Made by a program: the position numbers and the translations under genes. Shown piece by piece: positions 1 through 12,200 of a stretch of DNA of 64,000 nucleotides; the stretch's first letter is position 1, and every line of letters starts with the position of its first letter. Source of the stretch: Hemiscyllium ocellatum (lineage: Eukaryota); NCBI RefSeq assembly GCF_020745735.1, contig NC_083410.1:4252117-4316116 (forward strand), given 5' to 3'. The notes below the pieces were generated by a model. The model saw only the letters and a program-made list of their open reading frames with translations. It did not search any database and was not told the DNA's origin.

Positions 1-149
1 CCCTCTGCAGCTCCTGTTCTGTTCAATGACACTCCCACCTCCACCTCTGATGTCCTTGTTTTAATCTAAACTCTTCCTCACCCCCGCCCTGGTTACTCCT
101 CTTCTTATAACCCTCATTTATTCCCTTAGTCCAAAAACCAAAGACAAAG

Positions 150-1555
150 AAACATACGAAGAGCAGTAGACCATTCAGCCCATCATTTCAATCATGATTG
201 GTTATTTTTATCAATGCTACTTTCCTTCATTACCTCCATATCATCTGATTCATTAGTCTTAGAAATCTTTCAGTTCCTATCTCGAACATACTCAATGATT
301 GAGGTCCCATATCCCTCTGGGATAGGGAATTCCACAGATTCCCCACCTTCTGGGTGAAGAAATTCCTCTTCATCTGAGTCTCAGTTGGATGACTCCTTTT
401 CCTGTAATAATGCCCCATAGATCTTGACTCACCAGCCAAGGGAAACATTGCCACCAACATCCACACTATCATGCCTCTGAAGCACATTGAGATTTCAATT
501 TAATCACCTCTGATTTTTCAAACCAAGAGCATACAGGTCAGTTTCCTCACTCTCTCCCATCCAACAAACCCACCATCCCAGCGATTACTCTGCTGACTCT
601 CTATACAACTCCCTCGATGATAAGTCTGTGCTTCCTTACATTCAGGGACAAACAGTCCACAATCCTGGTGTGGTCTCCCTAATACTTTGTCCAACTGTAA
701 CAAGGCATCCTCACTCCTGGACTCAACTCCCTTGTGGTGAAGACCAACTTTTACCTTCCTTAGTGACTGCTGCAGTATCATGCTGACTTTTAGTGAGTCC
801 TGAACACAGTAACCCTGGTCCCTTTGGACACCAATAATTCCCAAAATCTTACAATTTTTAAAATATTCTGCCTTTCTGCTTCCTTTGGTAAAGTAGCTAC
901 CTTCACATTTATTCACATTATATTCCATCTGCCTTGTCCTTTCCCATTCACTGAGCCTGGCCACTTGATGCCCCCTTGCATCTTCCTCACAGCTTCCAAC
1001 CTTATCTACTTTTATACCATCAGAAAGTTTGGAACCATTCCAATTAGGCCCCACATCCAACCCATTTCTCCAGCTGTTGAACACTTTGGGCCTTCCATTG
1101 AGACATGCAGTACGCCACAAGGAACAGTCTGTCTTCGTGTGAGACACCCTTTTCCTCCTACTCTTTGCTTTTGGTCATCTTTCTTCACATTATACTTTAT
1201 CTGTCATGCATTTGCCCACACAGTCAGCCTGTCCAAATCACACTGCAGCATCTCTCCGTTTTTCTCACAGCTCACCCTTTCACTCAGCTTTCTGTCACCT
1301 GCAAACTTGGAGACTTTAAATTCAGTTCCCTTTCCAAAATTATAAATCCATAATGAGAATAGCTAGAATCCAAGCACTTATCCCTGTGGTATCCCACTAA
1401 TTGCAGTTGTCACTTAGAAAATGAACCATTTATTGTGATTCTTTGGCAAAAAGGTGACAATCAGTTCTCAATCCATTTCATTGCAATATCCCAATCTCAA
1501 TGGGCTTTAATTTTTCATGTTAATCTCTTTTGTGGCTCCTCAACAAAAGCCTTCT
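150..1555 (-). mobile_element. Decayed CR1/HER1-like LINE, RT and 3' end
   Basis: Minus-strand remnants GIPQG, EWERTRQMEYNVNKCE, LLQLDKVLGRPH, KRNFFTQKVGNLWNSL, plus a CR1-type 3' tail (ggctgaatggtctactgctc). Confidence 0.9.
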
Positions 1556-2411
1556 GTATGTAACTTAGTGTTCACAGCAAAAAAAACCAAATCCAAATCG
1601 AAATGATGAGAAGGCAAGTGACTCATTAAATTCATGGTGCACATCGATGTGACTGAACTGTGTTTGCCTGACGTTTTTCAATCTTTTTCTTCCCTTAACA
1701 GCCATGTCAGGTCTGTCTTGTGAGACTGCCTTCATATGGGAGAGGAGAAATTCAGACATGGTAAAACCAGTTATAAATTGTGCTTTCATTCTGCATTGGA
1801 TGAAACAGTTTGTAATCAGTTTAAGGTTATCTTGTTCAGTTCAGTAACTGGTCTGTGTTTCCATTTATCCTAAGTGTCACGGTCAGGCAAATTGGGGACT
1901 TTAGAACATTTGAATAAACCTTTCCCCATTGCGACAACTCTTGGAATAGTGGGCTTGATTTCCAGGGAGTAATGGCACTATAGAATTTAAGATTACACAT
2001 TATCATTACACCTTTCATGTGTTTGGAAATAATCAGGGGTGAGGATCCATTGTCATGATAATTGTTGCAGAGATTGTAAGCATTGCTATATAATTTTCAG
2101 GGTAAATTAACTGGTGACAAATCATAAATAATAAATATTACCAGATTCACTTCATGGAAACCCACTCAGTAATGTCTGTTCGCCAAAGGGTTAAGAAAAG
2201 GTTAAAGAGAAACATTGAAAGACAAGAAATGGAATAAGGAATGTGTTCAAACTGCAGACCCCAATGGCAACAAGAAAACTGTGCTGAACTTCCTCTTTAC
2301 TGACAGTTTTATTTCTTTACCTCCTGAGAAACAAGTGATGAAAGACACTGCAGTTGGCTGGGATTCTATGTGTCTTGAATTATTAACTGGACATACATAC
2401 ACTGAGTGGAG

Positions 2412-2545
2412 AATTCATTCCTAATGGAGGGTTTATGCCTGAAATGTCGAATCTCCTGTTCCTTGGATGCTGCCTGAACTGCTGCGCCTTTCCAGCAACA
2501 CATTTTCAGCTCTGATCTCCAGCATCTGCAGACCTCACTTTCTCC
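2412..2545 (+). mobile_element. Short Penelope-derived insertion with degenerate hammerhead motif (left arm only)
   Basis: Flanked by an 11-bp duplication ACTGAGTGGAG (2401-2411, 2546-2556). The right arm has a single copy (empty site near 36445). Internal sequence: attc-ctaatgga-gggtttatgcct-gaaa-tgtc-gaat. Confidence 0.85.
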
Positions 2546-2899
2546 ACTGAGTGGAGGAGCAGGATTGCTGGTCTGTTGAGATGATCAGTGGAACTCTATT
2601 TGCTGTGACCCTGTCCCTCTGTGTTGCTTTGGACAAGTGTTCACTTTTGAGAAGTTAAACTTGTTATAAATGACCTTTCTATGGTTTGTGCTGCTGTGGA
2701 GTTTGTGAGAATTCTATAAGTTTGAACATTGAGAACTGGAGGGGAGAGTCACAAGGAGAATTTCACTGTCTGGGGATTGTTTGGTGCAGCTAACTCAGAG
2801 CTCCACAGGTTGGGATCACAGACCAGAAAACAGAGTGTTCCTCCCATCCTTTTCTGTCCTTCACTTACTGGGAGAGTGGGATTGAGAGACAGGCTGCAC

Positions 2900-3420
2900 C
2901 ATTAAGTTGTGGATTTGGAGTGGATTAGGTTAGTCTGTGTTCACTTGGTGTCGTTGGGGTGGACTTGAATGAGAACCTCCTTTTTTACAAAATTGGTGCA
3001 TTATAGCTTTGTGATTCAGAGTGAATTTCACCAGTGGACCTCATGCTGACACTCACATTAATCCTCTATTCTCAAGCTGCCCCTTCACACACACTGAGAG
3101 TGTAGAGTGTCTCCCTGTGCTCCCACCATTTCCCAGCTGTTTAATTGACAGACAATACTGTGGAAAAAAATTGCAGATTTCACCATCTACAGAAAGAAGA
3201 GAGAGTCCAGCTACAGTAAATGTGATTTTGCCGATCTGGTTGAGATATGATTGCCTTTTTGAACACCAGCTTCCAACTGAGCCCAGAAAACAGAAAAGAC
3301 GAAGCAACATTTGCTGCACAAAGTGGAATCTCACTGTTCCCAAAATCCCAGAATGTTCTGATGAAGAACGAAGCCATTGGACCCATTCATCAGCACCAGC
3401 TCTTTGAGCATTTTAACTGA
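2900..3420. repeat. Unclassified block X, copy 1 (paralogues at 35580-36100 and 51270-51600 + 52150-52290)
   Basis: Direct nucleotide similarity among three copies, e.g. atggcttcgttcttcatcagaacattc and gggaaatggtgggagcacag...ctctacactctcagtgagtgtg. Function not recognised. Confidence 0.75.
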
Positions 3421-3499
3421 GTGCCAATGCTTGTCTTTGCTCCTTCACCCTACACATTGTTTATGTTTAAATAACCATCCAATAGCCTGTTAAATGCCA

Positions 3500-3900
3500 C
3501 AACTGGACCTGAAGACCAGAGGATATAGCAGCAGAATTAGGCCATTCAGCTCATTGTGTTGGTTCTACCATTCAGTGAGATCATGGCCGCTCTGATAGTC
3601 CCCATCTCTACTTTCCTGCCTTTTCCCCATAACCCAAGATTCCAATTCTCATTAAAAATCTGTCGCTATCAGAATCGAAGTTACTGCCCTCTGTGGTAAA
3701 GAATTCCTCAGATTCATTCCTCTGAGAGATGAAATTCATCCTCATATCCATCTTAAATCACAGATCCATTCCTATGAGATTTTGCCCTCTGGTCCCAGAC
3801 TCCCACAAAGGAAAACAACCTTCCCTCCATATCCACTCTGTCATGGCCAAAAGAAACTGAAATGCTTCAAATCTTCTTTTCATTCTTAACTCCAATTAGG
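3500..3900 (-). mobile_element. CR1-like LINE 3' fragment
   Basis: The minus strand reads like a CR1 3' end (FRISLRGxNLWNSLPQRA-like, tail gctgaatggcctaattctgct). Mirror at about 35105-35510. Confidence 0.75.
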
Positions 3901-3904
3901 ACAA

Positions 3905-5225
3905 GCCCCTCCCTTGGATGGAGAAAAACAAATCACGTAAACATATTAAGGATTTAATCGAAGAACATTTGTAAAATTGTAATCTAATTGAACCGAGCCA
4001 GTGTGGCTTCATGAAAGGGAAATCATGTCTGACTAATTTATTTGAGTTTTTTGAGAAAGTCTCACACAGATTGGCAAGAGGGGAAACAGTAATTGTGTTG
4101 TGTTTGTTCTTCCAGGAGGTGTTTGGTGCGGTACCTCACAAAAGGTTAGTTTATTTGATAAGAGCCCATGAAATTGGATGGAGGATGTTATTGTGGCTAG
4201 AGAAATGGTTGATGGGCTGGAAACAGCGAAAAGGGATAAGGGGTTCTTTTACAGGGTGACCAGTGGGGTTCCACAGGGATCAGTGCTGGGACCATAACTG
4301 TTGACAATTTATATTAATGACTGGGAAAAAGAAAGTCAACGTTCTGTAGGAATATTTGCAGATGACACAAAAATCAGTGAAAAGGCAGTTTGTGGGAGAG
4401 ACATAAACAGTTTACTGAGGTATTGATCATTTAAGAAAGTTTGCAAACAGCTGGCAAATGGAGTATAATGTGCGAAAATGTGAAGTTGTTCATTTTGGAA
4501 AGAAGAACAAAAGAACAGAATATGATTTAAATGGAGAGAAATTGCAGAAAGCTGCAATACAAAGGGATTGGGTAAATCTGTGCACAAAACTCAGAAAGCT
4601 CGCACACAGGGTTAACAGGTAATCAGGAAGGGGAATGGAATGTTGGCCCTTATTTCAAGGGGTTTGGAGTATAAGAGTAGGGAAGTCTCACTGCAATTGT
4701 ACAAGGTGCTTTTGGGACCACATCATGTGTACTGTCAGCAATTTTGGTTCACCTCATTTAAAGAAACATTTATTTCATTGGAAGCAGCTCAGAGACGGCT
4801 CATGAGGATGATCCCCAGTATGAAGGGATTGTCTTATGAGCAAAGTCTGAACACATTGGGACTCTCCTCACTTGAGTTTAGGAGAATGAGAGGTGATCCC
4901 TTTTAAGCATATTGTGTTCTTAAGGAGCTTGACAGAGTAAATGCTGAGACGTTGTTTCCTCTCATGCGATAGTCTTGGACCAGAGGCCAGAGTCTCAGAA
5001 TTATGGGGCACCAATTTAAGGCTGAGATGAGGAAGGATATTTTCTATCACAGGATTGTGAACCTTTGGGCTCCTTGCTCGAGAGAGCTGTGAGAGTAGAG
5101 TTTGCATTTGTTTAAGACTGAGATTGATAGTTGCGTGACCAGTTTCCAGGAAAGAGCAGGAAAGTGGATGTGAGGAATGTTTGTTCAGCTGAGGAATTCG
5201 GTGTGCTGGTACAGAATTCTTTGAA
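3905..5225 (+). mobile_element. Decayed CR1-like LINE RT fragment
   Basis: GFMKGKSCLTNLFEFFE, SGVPQGSVLGP (4261-), FADDTK (about 4356), WQMEYNVRKCEV, EVSLQLYKVLLGPH. Confidence 0.92.
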
Positions 5226-5950
5226 GTTTGCATTACATGTAGACAGGGTGGTTAAAAAGACATTCCACGCTTGCCTTCATTGCTTAATCATTTGATTATA
5301 GGAGTTGGGATAAGAGTAATATTGAGGTTGTACAGGATATTGGTGAGGCCTCTTCTGGAATACAATGTCCAGTTCTGGTCACCCGGTTGTAGGAAGTAGA
5401 TTGTTAAACTGGAGGTTGTTCTGAGGTGGTTTACCAGGATGTTGATGCCTATGGAAGGGTTGTGTTCTAATGGAAATTTGGCTAAGCTGGGACTTTTCTC
5501 ACTGGAGCATAAGAGGTTGGGAGGCCACCTGATAGAAGGTTATAAAATAAAGAGAGATATTGAGAGAGTCTTTTCCAGTAGCTGTCTTTTCCTGTGGATG
5601 AGGGATCCCTCAACTAGGGAGATCATTTTTAAGGTAAAGGAAGAGATTTAAAAAGATTAGAGGGCTTAATTTTTTACACAGAGCATAGTTCAGGGGTGGA
5701 ATGAATGACCTGAGGAACTGGTCGATGGGTCCAATTGTAATATTTAAAAGATATTTGAATAAGTATATGAATAGGAAAGGTTTGGGGGGATATTGGCAGG
5801 AACAGGGCAGATGTGACTAGTTTAGTTTGGGATTATGTTCATCATAGACTGTTTGGACCAAAGGCTCTGATTCTGTGCTGTATGACACTGTGACTCAATT
5901 GGATAATGGAACAAGCTCATAGGGCTGAATGACCTAGTCTTGTTCTAAGT
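5226..5950 (+). mobile_element. Second CR1-like LINE 3' fragment(s)
   Basis: LVRPLLEYxVQFWSP-like, LGLFSLEHKRLGGHLIE, and a 3' UTR with gtttggaccaaaggctctg. Mirror at about 33090-33786. Confidence 0.85.
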
Positions 5951-6356
5951 CTTCTTATTAACCTCCTCAATAATTTCTACACTTCCCAAAAAAGAACACT
6001 ATTGCATTTTACAATATTGTATTTCATTTGCAATATTTTGCCCATTCACTTCACCTGTCTCTTTCTCGCTCTCTCTCTCCTCTTGACACCTCACTTTCCT
6101 CCTTATCTTAGTGTCATCGCCAAATTGATCTTCCATCCAGAATCAGCGATTGCTCTACTGGAGTCTCTCATTCTTCACCCAGAATGGTGTTTCTTCAAAT
6201 CTATGCTGCATCTCCTCCTCCATCTCCCTGAAGTGGGATGGAATATTGCTGGACAAGGGGACACAACCTTCCAGGGGAACCCACCCTGACTCACGAACTG
6301 AGATGTAGGTCCAACAGACTGATCGTGGGACCATCCCTGGCTCCATGCCCTCTACC

Positions 6357-6393
6357 CAGATCTATGGAAGTGGAAGCCTGGTCATTGTAGACA
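6357..6393 (+). pseudogene. J-end remnant of a germline-joined VJ Ig exon (QIYGSGSLVIVD)
   Basis: cagatctatggaagtggaagcctggtcattgtagaca followed by ataagtagag. The 3' flank (6394-6540) matches the flank of the intact exon at 62130-62280. The upstream V part is missing or replaced, and the donor reads AT instead of GT. Confidence 0.7.
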
Positions 6394-7019
6394 ATAAGTA
6401 GAGTTGACATGACAATCACCTCCAGCAATAAACTTGTGCCCAATGAATGAATTGGAGATCAGTTTGTTATCAAGAGGATTGAGGACGTGATGGGAAATGA
6501 TCTTGGGGATGGATTCACTGCGGGAGGAAGCTGAACTCAGGTTCAACGCTGGTGAATGGTGAGCGAAAAGGGATTTTTATGGCAATGGGAGGAGGATCTT
6601 GTGGGAAATGTGGAGTTTTACCCTGCAGAATAAGTGATATTAATTCCATTCAACTCACAAGTGAGTCAGTGCCATGTGGCTGGATGTGCAGAGTCACGGA
6701 GATTGCTCTGCGAGGTGACACATTTGCAAGGAGTCTCCCATAGATTGGAAATGAACCATAGAGCACAAAAGGGCATACCCATCCAGGTTAAAGAAAACAA
6801 CCCGAGCTTATCCAGCCTCTCCTCATGTCAGTATCTCTCCACTCATTCCAGTGCAATTACATCCCAGGGAGAAGGAACCATGACAAGCTCGGAGCCTCTG
6901 GTGGGAACAGGGAATGGGGAGAGTCTGAGGCTGAGGGCTGGAATCAGGAGCTGCCCTTTATTCAAGCAACGTCACTGTACACTCAGCGTCTGCTGTGCCT
7001 TCCGGCCCTTATTTTAAGG

Positions 7020-8150
7020 AGGTTAGCCAATCAGAGTTAGGAAGTCTTACTGCAGTGCCACAAGGCGCTGGTGAGACCACATCTCAAGCACAATGAGCAG
7101 TTTTGTTCCTCTTTTTAAGGAAAGCTATCATTTCATTGGTGGAAGATCAGAGAAAGATCACTTGTATGATCTTGGTACTGAGGAATTGTCCTACGAGCAA
7201 TGGCTAAACAGGTTCGGCAGCATTTACAGTTTCTCAGATACTGAAACAGTTCATGTTCAAATGAAACAAGATTGGGAAAATATCCAGGCTTGGGTTAGCA
7301 AGAGGAAAGTAACATTCATACCAAGCAAATGCCAGGCTATGCCCATCTCCAATAAGACAAAACACCACCCCCTGCCATTAAATAGGATTACTATCTCTGA
7401 ATCCACCACTATCTCCATCCTTGACCAGTAAACTTACCTGAACTTACGGAACCAACAGCAGGTCAGAGACTAGGAATGCTATGGTAAGTAACTCACCTCC
7501 TGACTCCTTAAATTCTGCCCACCATCTACAAGGCACAGGCCAGATATGTGATGGAATGCTCCCCACTTGCCCCAATGAGTACACAATCCTGGAATTCCCT
7601 CCCTAAAGGAATTATGGGTCTATCTATAATACATGGACTGCAGCGGTTCAAGGCATCATCTCACCACCTAACGGGCAACTCATGACGGGCAATAAATACC
7701 CTTCCAGTGACACCCATGTTCCACAATGAATAAAAATAAAAGGTGGGACTCTCCTCACTGAGATTTATAAGAATGAGAGGTGATCTCAGGGCTTGACAGG
7801 GTCAATGTTGAAAGAATGTTTCCCCTCATGGAGAGTCTAAGTCCAGAGGACACAGTCTCATAATTACAAAGTACAAATTTAAAACTGAGGTGTTGAGGAA
7901 TTCCTTCTGTCAGTGCGTTGTGAATCTTTGGAACTCCTTGCTACAGAGAGCTGTGGCTGGGATGAATCCTTGTGTATATCGTATATTGAAGCCTGAGGCA
8001 GAGAGATTCTTGGTTAGTCGGGGAATCAAGCATTACAGGGAAATCACAGGGAAGTGGTCGTGAGGAATGTCGATCTGTCAGGATCTATTAGATGGCATAG
8101 CAGGCTTGAGGGGCCGATTGGCCTCCCCCTGTTCCTATTTCTTATGATCT
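7020..8150 (+). mobile_element. Composite of LINE fragments (CR1-like plus a second LINE RT 3' piece)
   Basis: VLLQCHKALVRPHL, KVTFIPSKCQAMPISNK, IYKAQARYVMECSPL-like, and a CR1 3' end (cttgaggggccgattggcctcccc). Mirror at about 30835-31990. Confidence 0.7.
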
Positions 8151-8324
8151 CAGGTTCTTTAATTGATTACACAAATAGTTATTAAAGTTATTTAAAGATC
8201 TTTTGTTAAACCAGTTCCCTTTTTAATACAGAACATGTTCCATCTGAACTGTCCCTTTGAAAAACTGGCAACAAAGTGTAACCCAGAGAATTGAATCTTA
8301 AATTCTTGATCTTTTCCCCAAAAG

Positions 8325-8667
8325 GTTCAAATCCTGTCATCCTTCTCCAGGCCCCGAGCCTCAAACATGTCATCGAGGGTCACACTGCCTGGTTATAGTG
8401 CACCATGAGGAACACTGCAGTGACACACACCACCATTAAGTGGCACAGACAAAAACCAAGGAGTCACACTGTGTGAATTTTAGCACATGGTAAAACTGAC
8501 TCTCACATTGGAGCCCAGGATTCACTGAATGATTCCAGCCTTCCAGAGACTCCTCCAGTAACAACTTCCTTCCGACCATCACAACGTTCAGCCCAGTGAC
8601 ACTGGGGACTATTACTGCTCAGTGTGGTGTAGTGTCTATGGGAGAGGAAGCCAGATCATTGTAAAGA
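8325..8667 (+). pseudogene. Germline-joined VJ-type Ig exon, pseudogene
   Basis: Acceptor ccccaaaAG and donor A|GTGAAT. Reads SNPVILLQAPSLKHVIEGHTAWL*CTMRNTAVTHTTIKWHRQKPRSHTV*...WSPGFTE*FQPSRDSSSNNF..TI../VQPSDTGDYYCSVWCSVYGRGSQIIVK. It has both Cys, the Trp and a YGxG motif, with three stops and frameshifts. Confidence 0.93.
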
Positions 8668-8884
8668 GTGAATAGCATTTACATGACAATCTCCTCCTGC
8701 CCAATGAATTAAATGGAGATCGGTTTGTGATCAAGAAGATTGAGGAAGGGCCGGAGAGTGATCCCGGGGTTGGATCCACTGTGGGGAGGAAGCTGAGCTC
8801 AGGTGCATCAATTTATTTATTTGTTTTGTGAGATGTGGGTGTCAGTGGCTGGGCCAGCATTTATTGCCCATCCTTAATGGTTTG

Positions 8885-9790
8885 GATCAGAAATTGGCTA
8901 GCTGAAAGAAGATATAGGGTGGTGGTTGATGGGAAATATATGTTCTTGAGTTCATTAATAGCAGTGTACCAAAAGGATCTGTTTTGGGCCCATTGCTGTT
9001 GGTCATTCCTATAAATGACCTAGATGAGGGAGTAAAAGATGGGTTAGTAATATTGCGGATGACACAAAGGTTGGTAGAGTCATGGATAATATTGAATGAT
9101 GTTGTACGTAACAGAGGGACATAGATAAGCTGCAGAGAATGGTTGAGAGATGGCAAATGGAGTTTCATGCAGAAAACTGTGAGGTGATTCACTTTGGAAG
9201 GAGCAACAGGGATGCACAGTACTGGGCTATTGGTAAGATTCTTGGCAGTGTAAAGGAGCAGAGAGATCTCAGTGTCCATGTACATAGATCCCTGAAAGTT
9301 GCCACTAAAGTTTTAGGGTTGTTAAGAAGATATATGTTGCGTTAGCTTTTAATGGTAGAGAGATTGATTTTCAGAGCCATGAGGTCATGTTGCAGCTGTA
9401 CAAAAGTCTGGTGTGTCTGCACTTGGAGTATTGTGGACATTTCTGGAAGGATATGGAAGTATTGCAAGGGTTCAGAGCAGATTTACTCAGATGTTGCCTG
9501 GTATGGAGGGAAGGTCTTATGAGGAAAGACTGAGGGACTTGAGGCTGTTTTTGTTTGAGAGAAGAAAGTTGCGAGGTGACTTAATTGTGACATATAAGAT
9601 AATCAAAGGGTTAGATACGGTGGACAATGAGAGTCTTTTTTCTCAGATGGTGATGGCTAGTACGAGGGGATATAGCTTTAAATTGAGGAGTGATAGATTT
9701 AGGAGAGATGTCAGAGATAGTTTCTTTACTCAGAGGGCAGTAGGGGCATGGAACACCCTGCTTGCAACTGTGATAGACTCATTTATTGCA
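8885..9790 (+). mobile_element. Decayed CR1-like LINE RT/3' fragment
   Basis: ADDTKV, ERWQMEFHAENCEVIHFG, RFTQMLPGMEGRSYEERLRDLRLF, FFTQRAVGAWN. Mirror at about 29205-30110. Confidence 0.92.
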
Positions 9791-10561
9791 CATAACAGAT
9801 TAAGATAAAATAGAATAAACCAAATTATTTGCATATAAACTAATTCATTGAAATTTGAAAGCACATGGAAATAATAAAATCCCATTTATTCGAACACCAT
9901 CACTTTGCAATTTTCACCTCCCAGGGAATATCCTGTTCTATCATATTGTTATGTTTGACTTAACGCTTTCTGTCTTCAAGATTGAGCCTCTGAGAGGCTG
10001 TCCCTTGATTATTCACACAAATGAGCTGAAAGTTTGAGTTTCAAATAATCCCTTTTGGACATCAATATTAATTTAGACATTATTTTGGAGCTGTCTATGT
10101 CTGTGAACCTTGAGACTCCTCTCTGATATTTCCTTCTGGTGCCCAGAGCCCTGCCAAGTTAATTTATCTCCATCCCCCACAATACCACTCAGGCATCAGC
10201 TCACAAAATCTGTCTCGAGTTAGCTGCGATCTTTCTGTCCTCTCCAGTGATCATCTTCTCATAAATCCCCAGGATCACTGTTATAGGAATTTCACATCCT
10301 CCTCCCTCCTGCACCATCTCTCCAGCCACCTATCCATCTGCTCCATCTTTCTGGTGATTTACTCACCTGTCTGTGGTACTGGGAGGAAATGTTAATTCCT
10401 TACCTCGCTTCATAAACTCTGACTGTTTGAGAACGTTCCTCTTCCTGCTTCTGTCATTGAGATATATATGGAGTGGAACGGCTGACGGATCACACTCACC
10501 TCCCCCATCAGAGTGCTCTGCAGTCACTCAATAACTTCATTGACAGTGGGACCAGATGGAT

Positions 10562-10599
10562 AATTCCTGATGAAGGGCTTATGCTCGAAACGTCGAATT
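10562..10599 (+). ncRNA. Minimal type I hammerhead ribozyme motif
   Basis: AAUUC-CUGAUGA-A-GGGC(UUAU)GCUC-GAAA-C-GUC-GAAUU. Stem I is AAUUC/GAAUU, the core boxes CUGAUGA and GAAA are present, stem II has 4 bp, a palindromic ACGU replaces stem III, and the cleavage triplet is GUC. One extra A follows the core. Activity is untested. Confidence 0.65.
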
Positions 10600-10692
10600 C
10601 TCTATTCCTGAGATGCTGCCTGGCCTGCTGTGCTTTGACCAGCAACACATTTGCAGCTGTGATCTCCAGCATCTGCAGACCTCATTTTTTAC
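10562..10692 (+). mobile_element. Short Penelope-derived insertion (left arm only)
   Basis: Absent from the mirror site (about 28425-28435). Carries the shark PLE-type end tgctgcctggcctgctgtgctttgaccagcaacac...ctgcagacctc. Confidence 0.85.
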
Positions 10693-11400
10693 AGCACCAT
10701 AGATAGGTTCCTTCCTGTGAGTGCAGCAACACCTATCTATTCCTCTGAACATTCAATCCATTCCCATGTACTTTTTCAATTAATATCAGAAGTCTGTAAT
10801 ATATCTCAGGTTCCCATGGTAATATTGACTAGTCTCTGCCAGGAGATCATCATTCACACCAGTCCCCAGAGCAGAATACTGGCTGGAAAGTGAGTTACAC
10901 ACAGTGGGGCATTGTGTACATGGCACTGGGAGGATTGTGAAGAGTCTGTTTCAGGGAAAGGTGATCATTCTGAGGAAAGCAGTGAGCAGAATGGGGGGAA
11001 TGAGGGAACTTCCCAGAAGAGACTGCGGTACGTGAGCAATGAGTGGGTCAGGGAGAAGGGAACGGGATCCATGAGGAGTTTGGAGAATCTGGTGGAGACA
11101 GGGAGTGGGTAGAGTCTGAGGCTGGAAGCTGTAATCATGGACCTCCCTTCATTCAGGCAATGTCACTCTACACTCTGACCCAGCTGTTCCTCTTTAAATA
11201 TTTATATCACCAGTCATTAAAGTTATTTAGTTACTCAAATATGGTTTGTTTGATCTGATTCAACTCCACTGGTTCAATCTTAAACCAATTCCCTATTAAA
11301 TACAGAATGTGTTCCACCTGAACTGTCTCTTTGAACAAGTGACAGCACATTGTAACCTGGAGAATTGATTCTGAAATTCTCAATATTTTCTTCCTGAAAT

Positions 11401-11721
11401 GTATAAATCCTCCAATACTTCTCCAGTCTCCAAGCCTGGAATGGATTATCAGGGGTCACACTGTCTGGGTACAGTGCATCATGAATGACAAACACCACCA
11501 TTAAATAGTACCATCAAAAAACCAGGGTGTTGTAAGATGCGAATTTTAACAGATGGTAAATATGGCTCCATACAAAGGACACCAGGATTCATTGAGTGAT
11601 TCCAGTCTTCCAGAGATCCCTCCAATAACAGCTTCATTCTGACCATCACAAACATTCAGCCCACTGTCACAAGGGTCTATTACTGTTTAGTGTGGGAGAG
11701 GAAGCCAGCTCAATGTCAGGA
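11401..11721 (+). pseudogene. Germline-joined VJ-type Ig exon, pseudogene (more decayed)
   Basis: INPPILLQSPSLEWIIRGHTVWVQCIM...PGFIE*FQSSRDPSNNSFILTITNIQPTVTRVYYCLVW/GRGSQLNVR, donor A|GTAAAT. It has deletions and stops. Confidence 0.88.
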
Positions 11722-11799
11722 GTAAATATAGTTTTCATAACAATCACTTCCAACTATGACCTCTTGCCCTGTAAATGAATTGGAGATCAGTTTGTGATT

Positions 11800-12200
11800 G
11801 TCTTGTATTCCCTACATTTTTGCAATCCCTAGAAGTCCATTGGAATTTCATGAACCAATTTGTGAAATTTCATTCTGGACCTCAGATGGAGTGACCACCT
11901 GATGGACCTCTGTCCATTCCCCATCACCTGGTACTTGAGCTGAACACTATTTCCTCATTAAGACTTTTGTCTTTCAAATAATAACACTCAGGCATTGTTT
12001 CTGATTCCATTTCTGAGGAAGCTGTTTGGTAAAACTCTCTGAATTCAGTATCAATTTGTTGTATTTCTGCTGAAGAAGATATTCTGAACCTATCAGCCTC
12101 ATTCTGTTCACCATCATTGTATTCAATTGAACTTTTGAAAATAAATTCTGAGAACTGAAATTTCAAATCAACATGGTCACGGACTATTATTCCGTGGTTC
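11800..12200 (-). mobile_element. Gypsy fragment (region preceding the integrase zinc finger)
   Basis: QQIDTEFREFYQTASSEMESETMPECYYLKD.. resembles 57100-57300 of the Gypsy element in this window. Copies at 26930-27330 (+) and 62440-62830 (-). Confidence 0.75.

Noticed and set aside
3021-3407. Block X read as a C1 domain or an NKp30-like V exon
   Set aside because: The candidate Cys and Trp are not conserved in the 51270 copy, and motifs fall in different frames. Kept only as an unexplained block.
8431-8457. Perfect nonamer ACAAAAACC inside a VJ exon
   Set aside because: Arises from the codons for R-Q-K-P. The nearest CAC heptamer (CACCATT) is poor and 11 nt away.
10309-10377. Possible leader exon (HHLSSHLSICSIFLVIYSPVC-G|GT)
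   Set aside because: No ATG in either arm and a weak donor. Cannot be supported without a transcript.
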